From the IMG/VR virus record IMGVR_UViG_3300047292_000038, positions 1 to 24,957 of that record: a DNA stretch of 24,957 nucleotides; one strand, written 5' to 3'. Origin of the DNA: a virus. Lineage: Duplodnaviria; Caudoviricetes. Each line of letters begins with the position of its first letter. Position 1 is the stretch's first letter. The position numbers and the translations under genes are program-made. Of the stretch, positions 14,432 through 23,828 are shown one piece after another. Below the pieces are notes generated by a model. The model was not told where the DNA came from. It saw only the letters and a program-made list of their open reading frames with translations, and did no database searches.

Positions 14432-14955
14432 AAGTCGATAAAACTATTAAAAAGTTCCGTGATTATGTTATACAACAATCAAGGAGCAATCTAACTAAGT
14501 CAAGGCATAACAATACTAAGAATTTATACAATAGTATAAAGGGCGAAGTAGTAACTGACAAAGGTTTTTCTATTGTAGGCTTTTCGATGGACGATTACGG
14601 AATGTTTGTCGATAAAGGTGTAAAAGGTAAAACAAGTTCTTTAAAAGCACCGAACAGTCCTTTTCAATTTGGATCTGGCACGGGCAAAAAAGGGGGATTA
14701 ACTCAAGGTATTAAAAAATGGGTAAGGCAAAAAGGATTCCAATTTAGAGATAGAAAGTCTGGGCAGTTTATGAGTTACGATTCAACAGCTTATTTAATTA
14801 CTCGGTCAATATTTCACAAAGGAATAAAGCCAAGTTTGTTTTTTACAAAACCTTTTGAAGCTGGATATAAAAAATACATTGATGTAGATTTATTAAAAGC
14901 CTTTGGCCAAGATGTTGAAACTATGGTAGATTATAATTTAAAAGATATAAAATGA
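14425..14955 (+). CDS. Putative neck/tail completion protein (HK97 gp10-like)
   Basis: Basic protein with LYNSI, YGMFVDKG and GIKPSLFF patterns. Confidence 0.55.
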   Translation: MLEVDKTIKKFRDYVIQQSRSNLTKSRHNNTKNLYNSIKGEVVTDKGFSIVGFSMDDYGMFVDKGVKGKTSSLKAPNSPFQFGSGTGKKGGLTQGIKKWVRQKGFQFRDRKSGQFMSYDSTAYLITRSIFHKGIKPSLFFTKPFEAGYKKYIDVDLLKAFGQDVETMVDYNLKDIK

Positions 14956-16013
14956 ATATAATAAAAGTAAGAAGCCCATTTATTGTTACGGTTGCAGAAA
15001 CGGGGCAAGAGGGAAGTAAAATAGAATTATTTATTTGGAATAAAGGAACAACCGAGCCAGCTACTCCGACTTATACACTTTCTAAATCAATACCAAGTGC
15101 AACACAAATTGACAATATTTATAATATATCAAATTACATAAGGGAATATATATCAAATGTTAAACCTATAACTGTTACACTTCCAACAATTGACGATAAC
15201 ACTAATTGGGTTTATTGTAAAGTCAAAAGATATAAATTAGTTGGAGTTACTTATACATTATTAGATACTACGGAATACGTTTGTGTTGATGGTTTTACGC
15301 TTTATAATGATGGTAAACAAAGTTCTATAAATGTAAATGCGTTAGCTTTAAGTAATACAAATGTAATTACTAAATATATAGGAATACCTTATGTAAATGT
15401 ATTGGCTCAACAAATATCGGTTTATGATTTTACAGCAAATTATTACACGAAAGAAAATGTATTAATTGAACAAAGAACTTTAATATCGAATGGCGCGGGT
15501 AGTGAATCATTTTTATTAAAAGTTCCATTACGGTCACCATTATCAACTGACGATTATCAGAATCTAATATTAAAATACAATACAAATGTATTTGAAAAAG
15601 CAAGTTTAAGAATAGAAGAATGTAAATACACGCCAGTAGTTTGCACGTTTATAAATAGATACGGTGGCTGGGAATTTTTAACTTTCTTTAAACAACAAAT
15701 AAACACAATAGCTGTAAAAGGTACTGATTATAAATTAATGCCCTCGTCGGTAAATTACAATACATCATTAGGACAATCAAAAACGTTTAATATTAACGGA
15801 ACACAAACTATAAAATTAAATACAGGTTTTGTTGATGAAAACTACTCGGAATTAATAACCGATTTGTTATTATCTGAAACTGTTTTATTGGATAGCAAAC
15901 CAGTAATTGTAAAAACACAGGGAAGCGATTTAAAGACAAGTTTAAAAGACAGATTGATAAACTACGAAATGGAGTTTGAATACGCTTACAACCTTATAAA
16001 TGATGTTATATGA
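14952..16013 (+). CDS. Putative tail/baseplate structural protein
   Basis: 353 aa, beta-rich, FINRYGGWE motif, between tail genes. Confidence 0.55.
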   Translation: MNIIKVRSPFIVTVAETGQEGSKIELFIWNKGTTEPATPTYTLSKSIPSATQIDNIYNISNYIREYISNVKPITVTLPTIDDNTNWVYCKVKRYKLVGVTYTLLDTTEYVCVDGFTLYNDGKQSSINVNALALSNTNVITKYIGIPYVNVLAQQISVYDFTANYYTKENVLIEQRTLISNGAGSESFLLKVPLRSPLSTDDYQNLILKYNTNVFEKASLRIEECKYTPVVCTFINRYGGWEFLTFFKQQINTIAVKGTDYKLMPSSVNYNTSLGQSKTFNINGTQTIKLNTGFVDENYSELITDLLLSETVLLDSKPVIVKTQGSDLKTSLKDRLINYEMEFEYAYNLINDVI

Positions 16014-18010
16014 TTACAGTAGGTTTATACATTAAAGATACAGTTAGTTTAGAATACAAAAGAATAGAATTATTTAACGATGAAAAAATATCTATTAATA
16101 GTTCTATTCAAAACGTTAATGATATTTCAAAAACTTTTACGGATTACAGTCAAACATTTACTATACCAGCTTCAAAGCAAAATAATAAAATATTCAAACA
16201 TTGGTACGAGAATAGTTTAGATAACTCTTTCAGTACATTAATAAAGGCAGACGCTTACATTGAATTGGACACAATACCATTTAGAAGCGGCAAAATACAG
16301 TTAGAAAGTTGTAATGTAAAAGATGGTAAGCCACAAGATTATAGTATAACTTTTATTGGGGCTTTAGGAAGTTTAAAAGATAAGTTTGCAGGTTTAATGC
16401 TAAAGGATTTAGATAGTACTTTTTATGATTTTAATTATACTGCAACAATTGTAAAAGATAAAGTTACAACAACTGCTGCGAGTTCTAACGTAATGTTTCC
16501 TTTAATTAGTTCATTAAATTATTGGACTTATGGAAGCGGTGTCAGTAACATTAATAATTCTTCAACTCCTATAAGATACAATGAATTATTCCCAGCCTTA
16601 AGATTACAATCTGTTTTAGATATGATTGAAAGAGACAGTAAATGGAATATAAATTTTAACGGTTCTTTTTTGACTGATGAAAAATTTGTAAACGCTTATT
16701 TATACTTAAAAAATGCTGATACATTTAATGTAATTCCAGATACAAATTTAATAACTTGGGATTTAGAAAGTACAGACAATAATTTCACAGCTAATTTATC
16801 TAATGAATCTTGGTTTAGTAATGGTTTAAATGCTGAAATGCAATATGGAGATATGTTGTTTACAGCTACAACTTCTGGATTATTATTTAATATACATACT
16901 TATATAAATGGAATTGAAGTTTTAAAACAATCTTTTACTTCTACAGGAACAGCGCAAACTATTAGATTATTTGGATATTCAAATTCAGGAAATCCATCAA
17001 ATATTTATACTGTTAAAATTTCTGCTCCATTACCTATAACTTTTGATGCTACTTTATTATTAACTACAGAAATATATGATTTTCCAAATCCTAATATTAT
17101 TGAATACTATACATTATTTAAGTCAAGCAATCAAACTACATCAACTAATAAATTGCCTATTAAATCATATATGCCAGATATTAAAATAGAAGATTTTTTT
17201 AGTGGCATTTTAAAAATGTTTAATCTTACTTGCTATTCAACAGACGGTATTAATTACACATTAGTGCCAATAGAAAGTTATTATACAAATGGAATAATAA
17301 TAGATATTACTAAATATATTAAATCTGATAATTTTAATTTAAACAAGGTAAAAACTTATAAAAAAATAAACTTTGAGTATGAAAAAAGTGATTCGATAGT
17401 AAATGTAGGTTTTAAAAGTGCAAACAATGTAGAATATGGTTCATTATTATTTAACACGAATAATGATGGCGATGAATACAACATTAAACTACCTTTTGAA
17501 AACTTAAATTTTAGTAATTTAAAAGACAAATTACAAGTTGGTTACGCTTTGAAAAGTGATTTACAAAAATACACTCCTAAACCCATAATTTTATACGATT
17601 ACAATCCAACTGCATTAACGACTTTGGCAAGTACAACGTATTATTTTTCTACGGCAACAAGTGGAAGCGGTACTGCATATACATCTTATAAGGCATTTGG
17701 ACAAGAATATTTTAATGGTACTGATACTTTTAGTTTAAATTTTAACGAACAGCAATCCACGTTAACAAATGAATTAATAGGTAATAGTTTATATCAAACA
17801 TATTATCAAAATTACCTAACTAATATATTTGATTCTAAGGCACGATTAATTAAAGTTAGTGGAATATTACCTACATCTTTATTAACGACGTTAAAACTAA
17901 ACGATAGACTTGTAATAAGAGATAAAAGATACTTAATTAATAATATGGTTATTGATTTAACAACTGGCGAAGTACAATTTGAATTATTAACAGATTTTAG
18001 AATATTATGA
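16010..18010 (+). CDS. Putative tail tip/baseplate hub protein
   Basis: 666 aa; YSQTFTIPA N-terminus, Thr/Ser-rich middle, LKLNDRLVI C-terminus; adjacent to tape measure. Confidence 0.6.
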   Translation: MITVGLYIKDTVSLEYKRIELFNDEKISINSSIQNVNDISKTFTDYSQTFTIPASKQNNKIFKHWYENSLDNSFSTLIKADAYIELDTIPFRSGKIQLESCNVKDGKPQDYSITFIGALGSLKDKFAGLMLKDLDSTFYDFNYTATIVKDKVTTTAASSNVMFPLISSLNYWTYGSGVSNINNSSTPIRYNELFPALRLQSVLDMIERDSKWNINFNGSFLTDEKFVNAYLYLKNADTFNVIPDTNLITWDLESTDNNFTANLSNESWFSNGLNAEMQYGDMLFTATTSGLLFNIHTYINGIEVLKQSFTSTGTAQTIRLFGYSNSGNPSNIYTVKISAPLPITFDATLLLTTEIYDFPNPNIIEYYTLFKSSNQTTSTNKLPIKSYMPDIKIEDFFSGILKMFNLTCYSTDGINYTLVPIESYYTNGIIIDITKYIKSDNFNLNKVKTYKKINFEYEKSDSIVNVGFKSANNVEYGSLLFNTNNDGDEYNIKLPFENLNFSNLKDKLQVGYALKSDLQKYTPKPIILYDYNPTALTTLASTTYYFSTATSGSGTAYTSYKAFGQEYFNGTDTFSLNFNEQQSTLTNELIGNSLYQTYYQNYLTNIFDSKARLIKVSGILPTSLLTTLKLNDRLVIRDKRYLINNMVIDLTTGEVQFELLTDFRIL

Positions 18011-18165
18011 TAAAACACATTTTAGATTTATTAGCATTAGATGAATTTTATGGGGAAAGCGAACTCATTGAAATAGCTAAGGGAAAATATCAAAGACCGA
18101 CAACATTTAAACAAGGATTTAAACAATTAAAAAGACAATTGAAATGGCAGAAAAGAAAACAATAG
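18007..18165 (+). CDS. Small hypothetical protein (52 aa; not in ORF track)
   Basis: MIKHILDLLALDEFYGESELIEIAKGKYQRPTTFKQGFKQLKRQLKWQKRKQ*; ATGA overlap. Confidence 0.65.
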   Translation: MIKHILDLLALDEFYGESELIEIAKGKYQRPTTFKQGFKQLKRQLKWQKRKQ

Positions 18166-19799
18166 AGTTAGAGATAAAATCAAATGTTGGTGAGTCTATT
18201 GCTGATTTAAAAGCGTTAAAAAGACAGTTAAAAGATACGGCTGCTGGTTCTGAAGAATTTAAAAAGATATACAATCAAATTGACGATTTAGAAGACAAAA
18301 TTAAATCTTCTAAAAATGCTTCCTCAGATTGGATTGATAGTTTAGAAAGCGCAGGTGGACCATTAGGCGCTTTGGGTAGTTCATTAAATAGAGCAAAAGT
18401 AGCAACACAATCTTTTGGCGGTGCTTTAAAAGCTACGGGGATTGGTTTAATAGTTTCTTTAATTGGTGGTTTAGTTGCTGCATTTCAAGATAATGAAGTA
18501 GCAATGAAAAAACTACAACCTTTGTTAAATGGTTTAGGTAAAGTTTTTAACGGTGTATTTCGAGCAGTAGAGCCTTTATTTAATACGTTAGTTGATTTAT
18601 CTGTTAGTGCCTTGCCAATGGTTTCAAAAGCCTTTGGAGTTGTTTATTCAAGTGTTACTGCTGTTTTTCAATCGTTAGGAAGTTTAGGTAGTGCGATTAA
18701 AAAACTTGTTTCTGGTGATTTTAGTGGAGCTTGGCAAGATGCTAAAAGTTCGGTAAATGATTTTAGTTCTAATTATGATAAATCCATAAAAAGGTTTAAT
18801 GATGGGACAAAAGAAATGTCTAAAACTGAAAAAGAAGAAGCTGATAAAAGAGCAGAAAATAGAAAAGCAGCTAATGAAAAAATAAAACAACAACAAGAAA
18901 AAGCTAAACAGGATGCAATAGCAAAAAAGAAAGAAGAAGCTGATGCGTTAAAGAAAATAGAAGAAGATAGACTTGCCGCTGAAATGTCTTTAGCTAAAGA
19001 GGTAATGGATAAAGAAAAGTCTTTAAGAGAGGCGCAAGAAACACCATTACAAAAAGAAGAAAGAGAATATCAAGAATGGTTAACTAAATATCAAGCTAAT
19101 AATTTAAATACTGAATTATTAACTAAACAGCATAAAGATAATATTGCTTTAATTGAAAAAACTGATGCAGAAAAGAAAGCAGCAGATGCAAAAATAATAG
19201 CAGATAAAACAACATCAGAAGCAAAAGCAAATGCTGATAAACAAATAGAAATAGAAAGACAAGTTGCAGAAGCAAAAAAATCTATTCAAGATAGCACATT
19301 TAATAATATCGCAAGTGGAATAGGTTTATTAAAAGGGTTATTTGAAAAAAATAAAAGTTTACAAAAAGCATTATTAATAGCTGAAAGCGCTGCTGGTATT
19401 GCTAAAATTATTATTAATACAAAGGCTGCTAATGCTGCCGCTAAATTAAAATATGCATTACTACCAGGAGGTGTTGCTTTAGCTGCTGCTGAATCTACTA
19501 TGAACAACGTTAGTGCTGGAATAGGTATAGCGACTACAATAGCCGCAACTGCTAAAGGTTTATCTGCTTTTGGAGGTGGTAGCGCTGGAGGTGCTCCAAG
19601 TATCGGAGGTGGTGGCGGGGGAGGTGTTGCTGCAGCTCCCCCAGCATTTAACGTTGTTGGTGCAAGTGCTACAAATCAATTAGCGCAAACAATAGGACAA
19701 AAAGAACAACAGCCAGTAAAAGCCTATGTAGTTTCAAATGATGTAACAACCTCTCAAAGTTTAAACAGGAATATAATTTCAAGTGCCACTTTGGGATAA
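18144..19799 (+). CDS. Tail tape measure protein
   Basis: 551 aa, Ala/Lys/Glu coiled coils with hydrophobic Gly/Ala segments (LKATGIGLIV). Confidence 0.8.
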   Translation: MAEKKTIELEIKSNVGESIADLKALKRQLKDTAAGSEEFKKIYNQIDDLEDKIKSSKNASSDWIDSLESAGGPLGALGSSLNRAKVATQSFGGALKATGIGLIVSLIGGLVAAFQDNEVAMKKLQPLLNGLGKVFNGVFRAVEPLFNTLVDLSVSALPMVSKAFGVVYSSVTAVFQSLGSLGSAIKKLVSGDFSGAWQDAKSSVNDFSSNYDKSIKRFNDGTKEMSKTEKEEADKRAENRKAANEKIKQQQEKAKQDAIAKKKEEADALKKIEEDRLAAEMSLAKEVMDKEKSLREAQETPLQKEEREYQEWLTKYQANNLNTELLTKQHKDNIALIEKTDAEKKAADAKIIADKTTSEAKANADKQIEIERQVAEAKKSIQDSTFNNIASGIGLLKGLFEKNKSLQKALLIAESAAGIAKIIINTKAANAAAKLKYALLPGGVALAAAESTMNNVSAGIGIATTIAATAKGLSAFGGGSAGGAPSIGGGGGGGVAAAPPAFNVVGASATNQLAQTIGQKEQQPVKAYVVSNDVTTSQSLNRNIISSATLG

Positions 19800-19805
19800 T
19801 TTAAA

Positions 19806-19833
19806 ACAAATCTTAATTAAAATAATTATAGTA
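19806..19833 (+). promoter_or_regulatory. Candidate late promoter, copy 2
   Basis: ACAA-N13-TAATTATAGTA. Confidence 0.5.
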
Positions 19834-19835
19834 AT

Positions 19836-20420
19836 ATGAGAATAGTAGAATTAATAATCGAAGAAAACGAAGATTTAGCTGGAGTTGATGCAGTTTCAAT
19901 TGTAGAATTTCCTGCAATAGAATCTAATTTTATTGCTTTAAATCAACATTTAGAACTCGCAAAAGTAGACGATGAAAAGAGAATTTTAATGGGTGCGGCA
20001 TTGATACCTAATAAAAATATTTATCGTCGAAATGGAAACGACGAATATTATATTTTCTTTTCAGATGATACAGTACGTAAAGCAAGTGAATTGTTTTTAA
20101 TGAATAGCAATCAAAACAACACCACGTTAGAACACGATAAAAAACTTAAAGATTTATCGGTAGTTGAGAGTTGGATAGTCGAAGATACTGAAATGGACAA
20201 GTCTAAAAAGTATGGTTTGAATGCACCTGTTGGGACTTGGATGGTAACTATGAAAGTAAATAACGATACTATTTGGAATGATTTTGTAAAGACTGGCAAG
20301 GTAAAAGGATTTTCGATTGAGGGATATTTTGCTGACAAATTAGAAATGTCTATGCAGCAAGAAAAAGAAAATGAATTAATAGAAAAAATAAAATCAATAA
20401 TTATAAAAAATGGCAAATAA
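19836..20420 (+). CDS. Putative prohead protease (XkdF-like)
   Basis: KRILMGAALIP, LEH, VESWI, GTW and GFSIEG motifs; precedes scaffold and capsid. Confidence 0.75.
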   Translation: MRIVELIIEENEDLAGVDAVSIVEFPAIESNFIALNQHLELAKVDDEKRILMGAALIPNKNIYRRNGNDEYYIFFSDDTVRKASELFLMNSNQNNTTLEHDKKLKDLSVVESWIVEDTEMDKSKKYGLNAPVGTWMVTMKVNNDTIWNDFVKTGKVKGFSIEGYFADKLEMSMQQEKENELIEKIKSIIIKNGK

Positions 20421-20595
20421 AACAAGTTCACCAAAAGGCGGTAAAAGAGGGTGTCTATGCAAAGACGGTAAATATTCTCAAAAATGTTGTAACGGAGAGT
20501 TACAAGAACAAGGTATCGGATCAACTGTATTGCAATCTACATCTACTGTTACAATAATAGATGGAGTGCGGACAACGGTAAGACAAAACGGGTAA
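20410..20595 (+). CDS. Small Cys-rich hypothetical protein
   Basis: RGCLCKDGKYSQKCCNG; overlaps the protease stop. Confidence 0.7.
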   Translation: MANKTSSPKGGKRGCLCKDGKYSQKCCNGELQEQGIGSTVLQSTSTVTIIDGVRTTVRQNG

Positions 20596-20601
20596 TTTAT
20601 A

Positions 20602-20629
20602 ACAAAAATAAATAATATTAATTTATATA
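20602..20629 (+). promoter_or_regulatory. Candidate late promoter, copy 3
   Basis: ACAA-N13-TAATTTATATA. Confidence 0.45.
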
Positions 20630-20645
20630 AAAAATACTAAAAAAT

Positions 20646-21185
20646 ATGAATGTAATAAATCAAATTAAATCTCTTTTGAGTATGGAAGTAAAACTTGCTC
20701 AAATGAAACTTAAAGACGGTGTTACGGTAATTGAAGCAGAAGCTTTTGAGCCAGAACAAGCTGTTTTTATAGTTAATGGTGAGGAGAAAATTACTTTGCC
20801 AGTTGGAGAGTACGAATTAGAAGACGGGATGCTTTTAGTTGTAACCGTTGAGGGTATTATCGCTGAAATCAAAGAGATTGCAGTAGAAGAAGAAGCTCCA
20901 GAAGTAGAAATCGAAGTAGAAGCACAAGCTGAAACAGTAGCTACTCCTAAAAGAATTGTTGAGTCAGTTTCAAAAGAAATGTTTTTTGCTGAAATTGAAA
21001 AACTAAGAACTGAAATTGCTGAATTGAAATTAGCAAAAGAAGTTAAACAAGAATTAAAATCTGATGTTGTTGTTGAGCCTTTAACACACTCACCAGAAAT
21101 TAAGTCTAAAATTAAATTAAATAAATTTTCACCTAATCGCCAATTAACTACTCAAGATATAGTTATGGCAAAACTTTTTAACTAA
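20646..21185 (+). CDS. Putative capsid scaffolding protein
   Basis: Glu-rich with a coiled coil; directly upstream of the capsid gene. Confidence 0.65.
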   Translation: MNVINQIKSLLSMEVKLAQMKLKDGVTVIEAEAFEPEQAVFIVNGEEKITLPVGEYELEDGMLLVVTVEGIIAEIKEIAVEEEAPEVEIEVEAQAETVATPKRIVESVSKEMFFAEIEKLRTEIAELKLAKEVKQELKSDVVVEPLTHSPEIKSKIKLNKFSPNRQLTTQDIVMAKLFN

Positions 21186-21199
21186 AAAAAAACTAAACT

Positions 21200-22141
21200 A
21201 TGCCAACTACAACAAGTATTACTACAACTTACGCTGGAGAATTTGCAGGAAAATATATCTCTGCTGCGTTACTTTCAGGTTCAACTATCGCCAATGGTGG
21301 TATCGAAGTTAAACCAAACATTAAATTTAAAGAAGTTATCAAAAGAATTGCAACTGACTCAATCGTTAGAAATGCAACTTGTGATTTTGACGCTACTTCT
21401 ACAATCACATTAACTGAGAGAATTATCACTCCAGAGGAATTTCAAGTAAACCTACAACTTTGTAAAAAAGATTTCAAATCTGATTGGGAAGCTGTACAAA
21501 TGGGTTATTCAGGATTTGACAATTTGCCACCAGCTTTTGCTGATTTTCTTTTGTCTCACGTTGTAGCAAAAGTAGCTGAAAAAACAGAGCAAAACATTTG
21601 GAAAGGTGTTAACGCTACTGCTGGAGAATTTGATGGTTTTCAAGTCCTTGCAACTGCTGATGCTACTGTTATTGATGTAGTTGGTGTTGCTGGTGGTGTT
21701 ACTGCTGCTAATGTTATCGGTGAACTTGGAAAAGTTGTTGATGCTATTCCTGCTGCTCTTTACGGAAAAGAAGATTTGTATATTTATGTTTCACAATCTG
21801 TAGCCCGTGATTATGTACGTGCTTTGGGTGGATTTGGAGCAAGTGGTTTAGGTGCTAACGGTACAAACACACAAGGTACACAATGGTTCAACAACGGATC
21901 ACTTTCTTTTGATGGTGTTAAAATCTTTGTTTGTAACGGAATGACTAACGACTGGATGATGGCTGCTCAAAAATCTAACTTATATTTCGGTACAGGTTTA
22001 TTGGCTGATGGAAACGAAGTTAAAGTGATTGATATGGCTGATATCGACGGTTCAGAAAACGTGAGAGTTGTAATGCGTTTTACTGCAGCCGTTCAATACG
22101 GTGTAGGTTCTGAAATCGTACTTTACACACCAACTGCATAA
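21200..22141 (+). CDS. Major capsid protein
   Basis: 313 aa, high-expression codon bias, follows protease and scaffold, ends at a terminator. Confidence 0.8.
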   Translation: MPTTTSITTTYAGEFAGKYISAALLSGSTIANGGIEVKPNIKFKEVIKRIATDSIVRNATCDFDATSTITLTERIITPEEFQVNLQLCKKDFKSDWEAVQMGYSGFDNLPPAFADFLLSHVVAKVAEKTEQNIWKGVNATAGEFDGFQVLATADATVIDVVGVAGGVTAANVIGELGKVVDAIPAALYGKEDLYIYVSQSVARDYVRALGGFGASGLGANGTNTQGTQWFNNGSLSFDGVKIFVCNGMTNDWMMAAQKSNLYFGTGLLADGNEVKVIDMADIDGSENVRVVMRFTAAVQYGVGSEIVLYTPTA

Positions 22142-22162
22142 TCATAATAGAATACTAAATTT

Positions 22163-22193
22163 AAAGGGTAGGTAATAGTGACTACCCTTTTTT
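22163..22193 (+). terminator. Intrinsic terminator
   Basis: AAAGGGTAG...CTACCCTTT followed by TTT. Confidence 0.8.
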
Positions 22194-22215
22194 ATTAACT
22201 TTAAAATATATAAAT

Positions 22216-22761
22216 ATGCCTTGCGATATATCATTAGGAAGAATAGAACAATGTAAGGATTCTGTAGGAGGTTTAAAAGCGGTTTACTTCATTAATTGGG
22301 GTGATGCTACAACTGTAACATATTCTGCAACTGCTGGACAAGAAGATGTAATTATAGCTTTGGGCGGAACGCCTGTGGGTTATAAATATGAATTGAAAGG
22401 TACAAGTTCTTTTGAACAAACTTTAACAAGTTCAAGAGATAACGGAACTACTTTTGTAGAACAAAAATTGACATTAAATTTGAAAAAATTGTCGATTGCA
22501 GACCACAAACAAATCAAACTTTTGGCATACGGTCGCCCTCAAATAATTATAGAGGATAACAACGGCAACTGGTTTATGTCAGGTTTGACTTTGGGAATGG
22601 ATTTAACAACTGCTGCAATCACTACGGGTGCTGCAATGGGAGATGCTTCTTCTTATAACTTAGAGTTTCAAGGAATGGAGCCTAAACCAGCTAATTTTAT
22701 TGTCCCTGTTGCGGGTACTTTAACAACTGCTGTATTAGCTTCTATCGTTTCGGGTACTTAA
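22216..22761 (+). CDS. Putative major tail tube protein, paralog 1
   Basis: 181 aa, beta-rich; CKDSVGGLKAVYF, NGTTFVEQKL and EDNNGN. Confidence 0.65.
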   Translation: MPCDISLGRIEQCKDSVGGLKAVYFINWGDATTVTYSATAGQEDVIIALGGTPVGYKYELKGTSSFEQTLTSSRDNGTTFVEQKLTLNLKKLSIADHKQIKLLAYGRPQIIIEDNNGNWFMSGLTLGMDLTTAAITTGAAMGDASSYNLEFQGMEPKPANFIVPVAGTLTTAVLASIVSGT

Positions 22762-22779
22762 TCTTAAAAAAATAAAATT

Positions 22780-23316
22780 ATGGCTTGTGATATTGGATTG
22801 GGGCGTATAGAACCCTGTAAGGACAGTTTGGGCGGATTAAGAGCTGTTTATTTTTCTAATTATAGAAATAATTTAGATATTCAATATACATCTGGTGCAG
22901 GAAATGAAGATGTTATTTCTGAATTGGGTGGTGGCACTTTAACAGCTTATAAATATGAATTAAAAGGCGCTTCTACATTTGAACAAACTGTAACGAGTTC
23001 AAGGGAAAATGGAACTACATTTGTAGAACAAAAACTATCTTTAGATTTAAAAAAATTAACTATACAAGACCATAAACAGTTACGTTTATTGGCTTATAGC
23101 AGGCCACATATATTTGTAGAAGATAATAATGGTAATATATTTGTTGCTGGACTAATGAAAGGAATGGATTTAGTTTCTTCTACAATTTCAACAGGTGCTG
23201 CGATGGGAGATATGTCAGGATATAAATTAGAATTTTCTGGCACTGAATTTAAACCCGCTAATTTTATTGAAAGTGGTGATTTAAGTGGGGCTTTAGTTAC
23301 TATTGTAACTGGATAA
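22780..23316 (+). CDS. Putative major tail tube protein, paralog 2
   Basis: 178 aa; aligns end to end with the preceding gene. Confidence 0.65.
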   Translation: MACDIGLGRIEPCKDSLGGLRAVYFSNYRNNLDIQYTSGAGNEDVISELGGGTLTAYKYELKGASTFEQTVTSSRENGTTFVEQKLSLDLKKLTIQDHKQLRLLAYSRPHIFVEDNNGNIFVAGLMKGMDLVSSTISTGAAMGDMSGYKLEFSGTEFKPANFIESGDLSGALVTIVTG

Positions 23317-23334
23317 TTTTTGTTTGTTATTTTT

Positions 23335-23367
23335 AAAAAGGTGTACTTTAATTAGTATGCCTTTTTT
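23335..23367 (+). terminator. Intrinsic terminator
   Basis: AAAAAGGTGTACT-TTAATT-AGTATGCCTTTTTT. Confidence 0.8.
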
Positions 23368-23376
23368 GTTTTTAAA

Positions 23377-23404
23377 ACAATTTTACTTTTAAATTATTAT
23401 TATA
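23377..23404 (+). promoter_or_regulatory. Candidate late promoter, copy 4
   Basis: ACAA-N13-TTATTATTATA, with boxes identical to copy 1. Confidence 0.55.
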
Positions 23405-23414
23405 AAAAAATATT

Positions 23415-23828
23415 ATGATAATTTTAAAAGAGCAAACACAAGCGCAAACGATAAAATTTATTCCGAGAATTTACTCGGCTGATATTCTTATTTTAAGAAA
23501 TGAAACTACAAATGTTTCAACTACATATAATCCTACTTTTACAACTGACGGTTATTATTTGAAATGTGATTTAGTTTTAGATTTAAAAGAAAATACTTTT
23601 TATAATTTAATGGTTTTAAATAGTGCTTTACCTTTCACTGCTGATAATAATATTATTACAGTTGATAGCGATATTTTGACATCTGATATGACAACATTTA
23701 GCGATGAAAATTCATTAGTGTATAGAGATAAAATCTTTTGTACAAATCAGAATAAAGACGATTATACCGTTAATAAAAATCAATATGCAGCAAACGCTAC
23801 AACAAACGAATTTAAAATTTATGAGTGA
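23415..23828 (+). CDS. Hypothetical structural protein
   Basis: 137 aa, overlaps the portal start. Confidence 0.75.
   Translation: MIILKEQTQAQTIKFIPRIYSADILILRNETTNVSTTYNPTFTTDGYYLKCDLVLDLKENTFYNLMVLNSALPFTADNNIITVDSDILTSDMTTFSDENSLVYRDKIFCTNQNKDDYTVNKNQYAANATTNEFKIYE

Noticed and set aside
19570-19645. GC-rich GGT/GGA repeat patch
   Set aside because: Encodes the Gly/Ala/Pro linker of the tape measure C-terminus; not a separate element.
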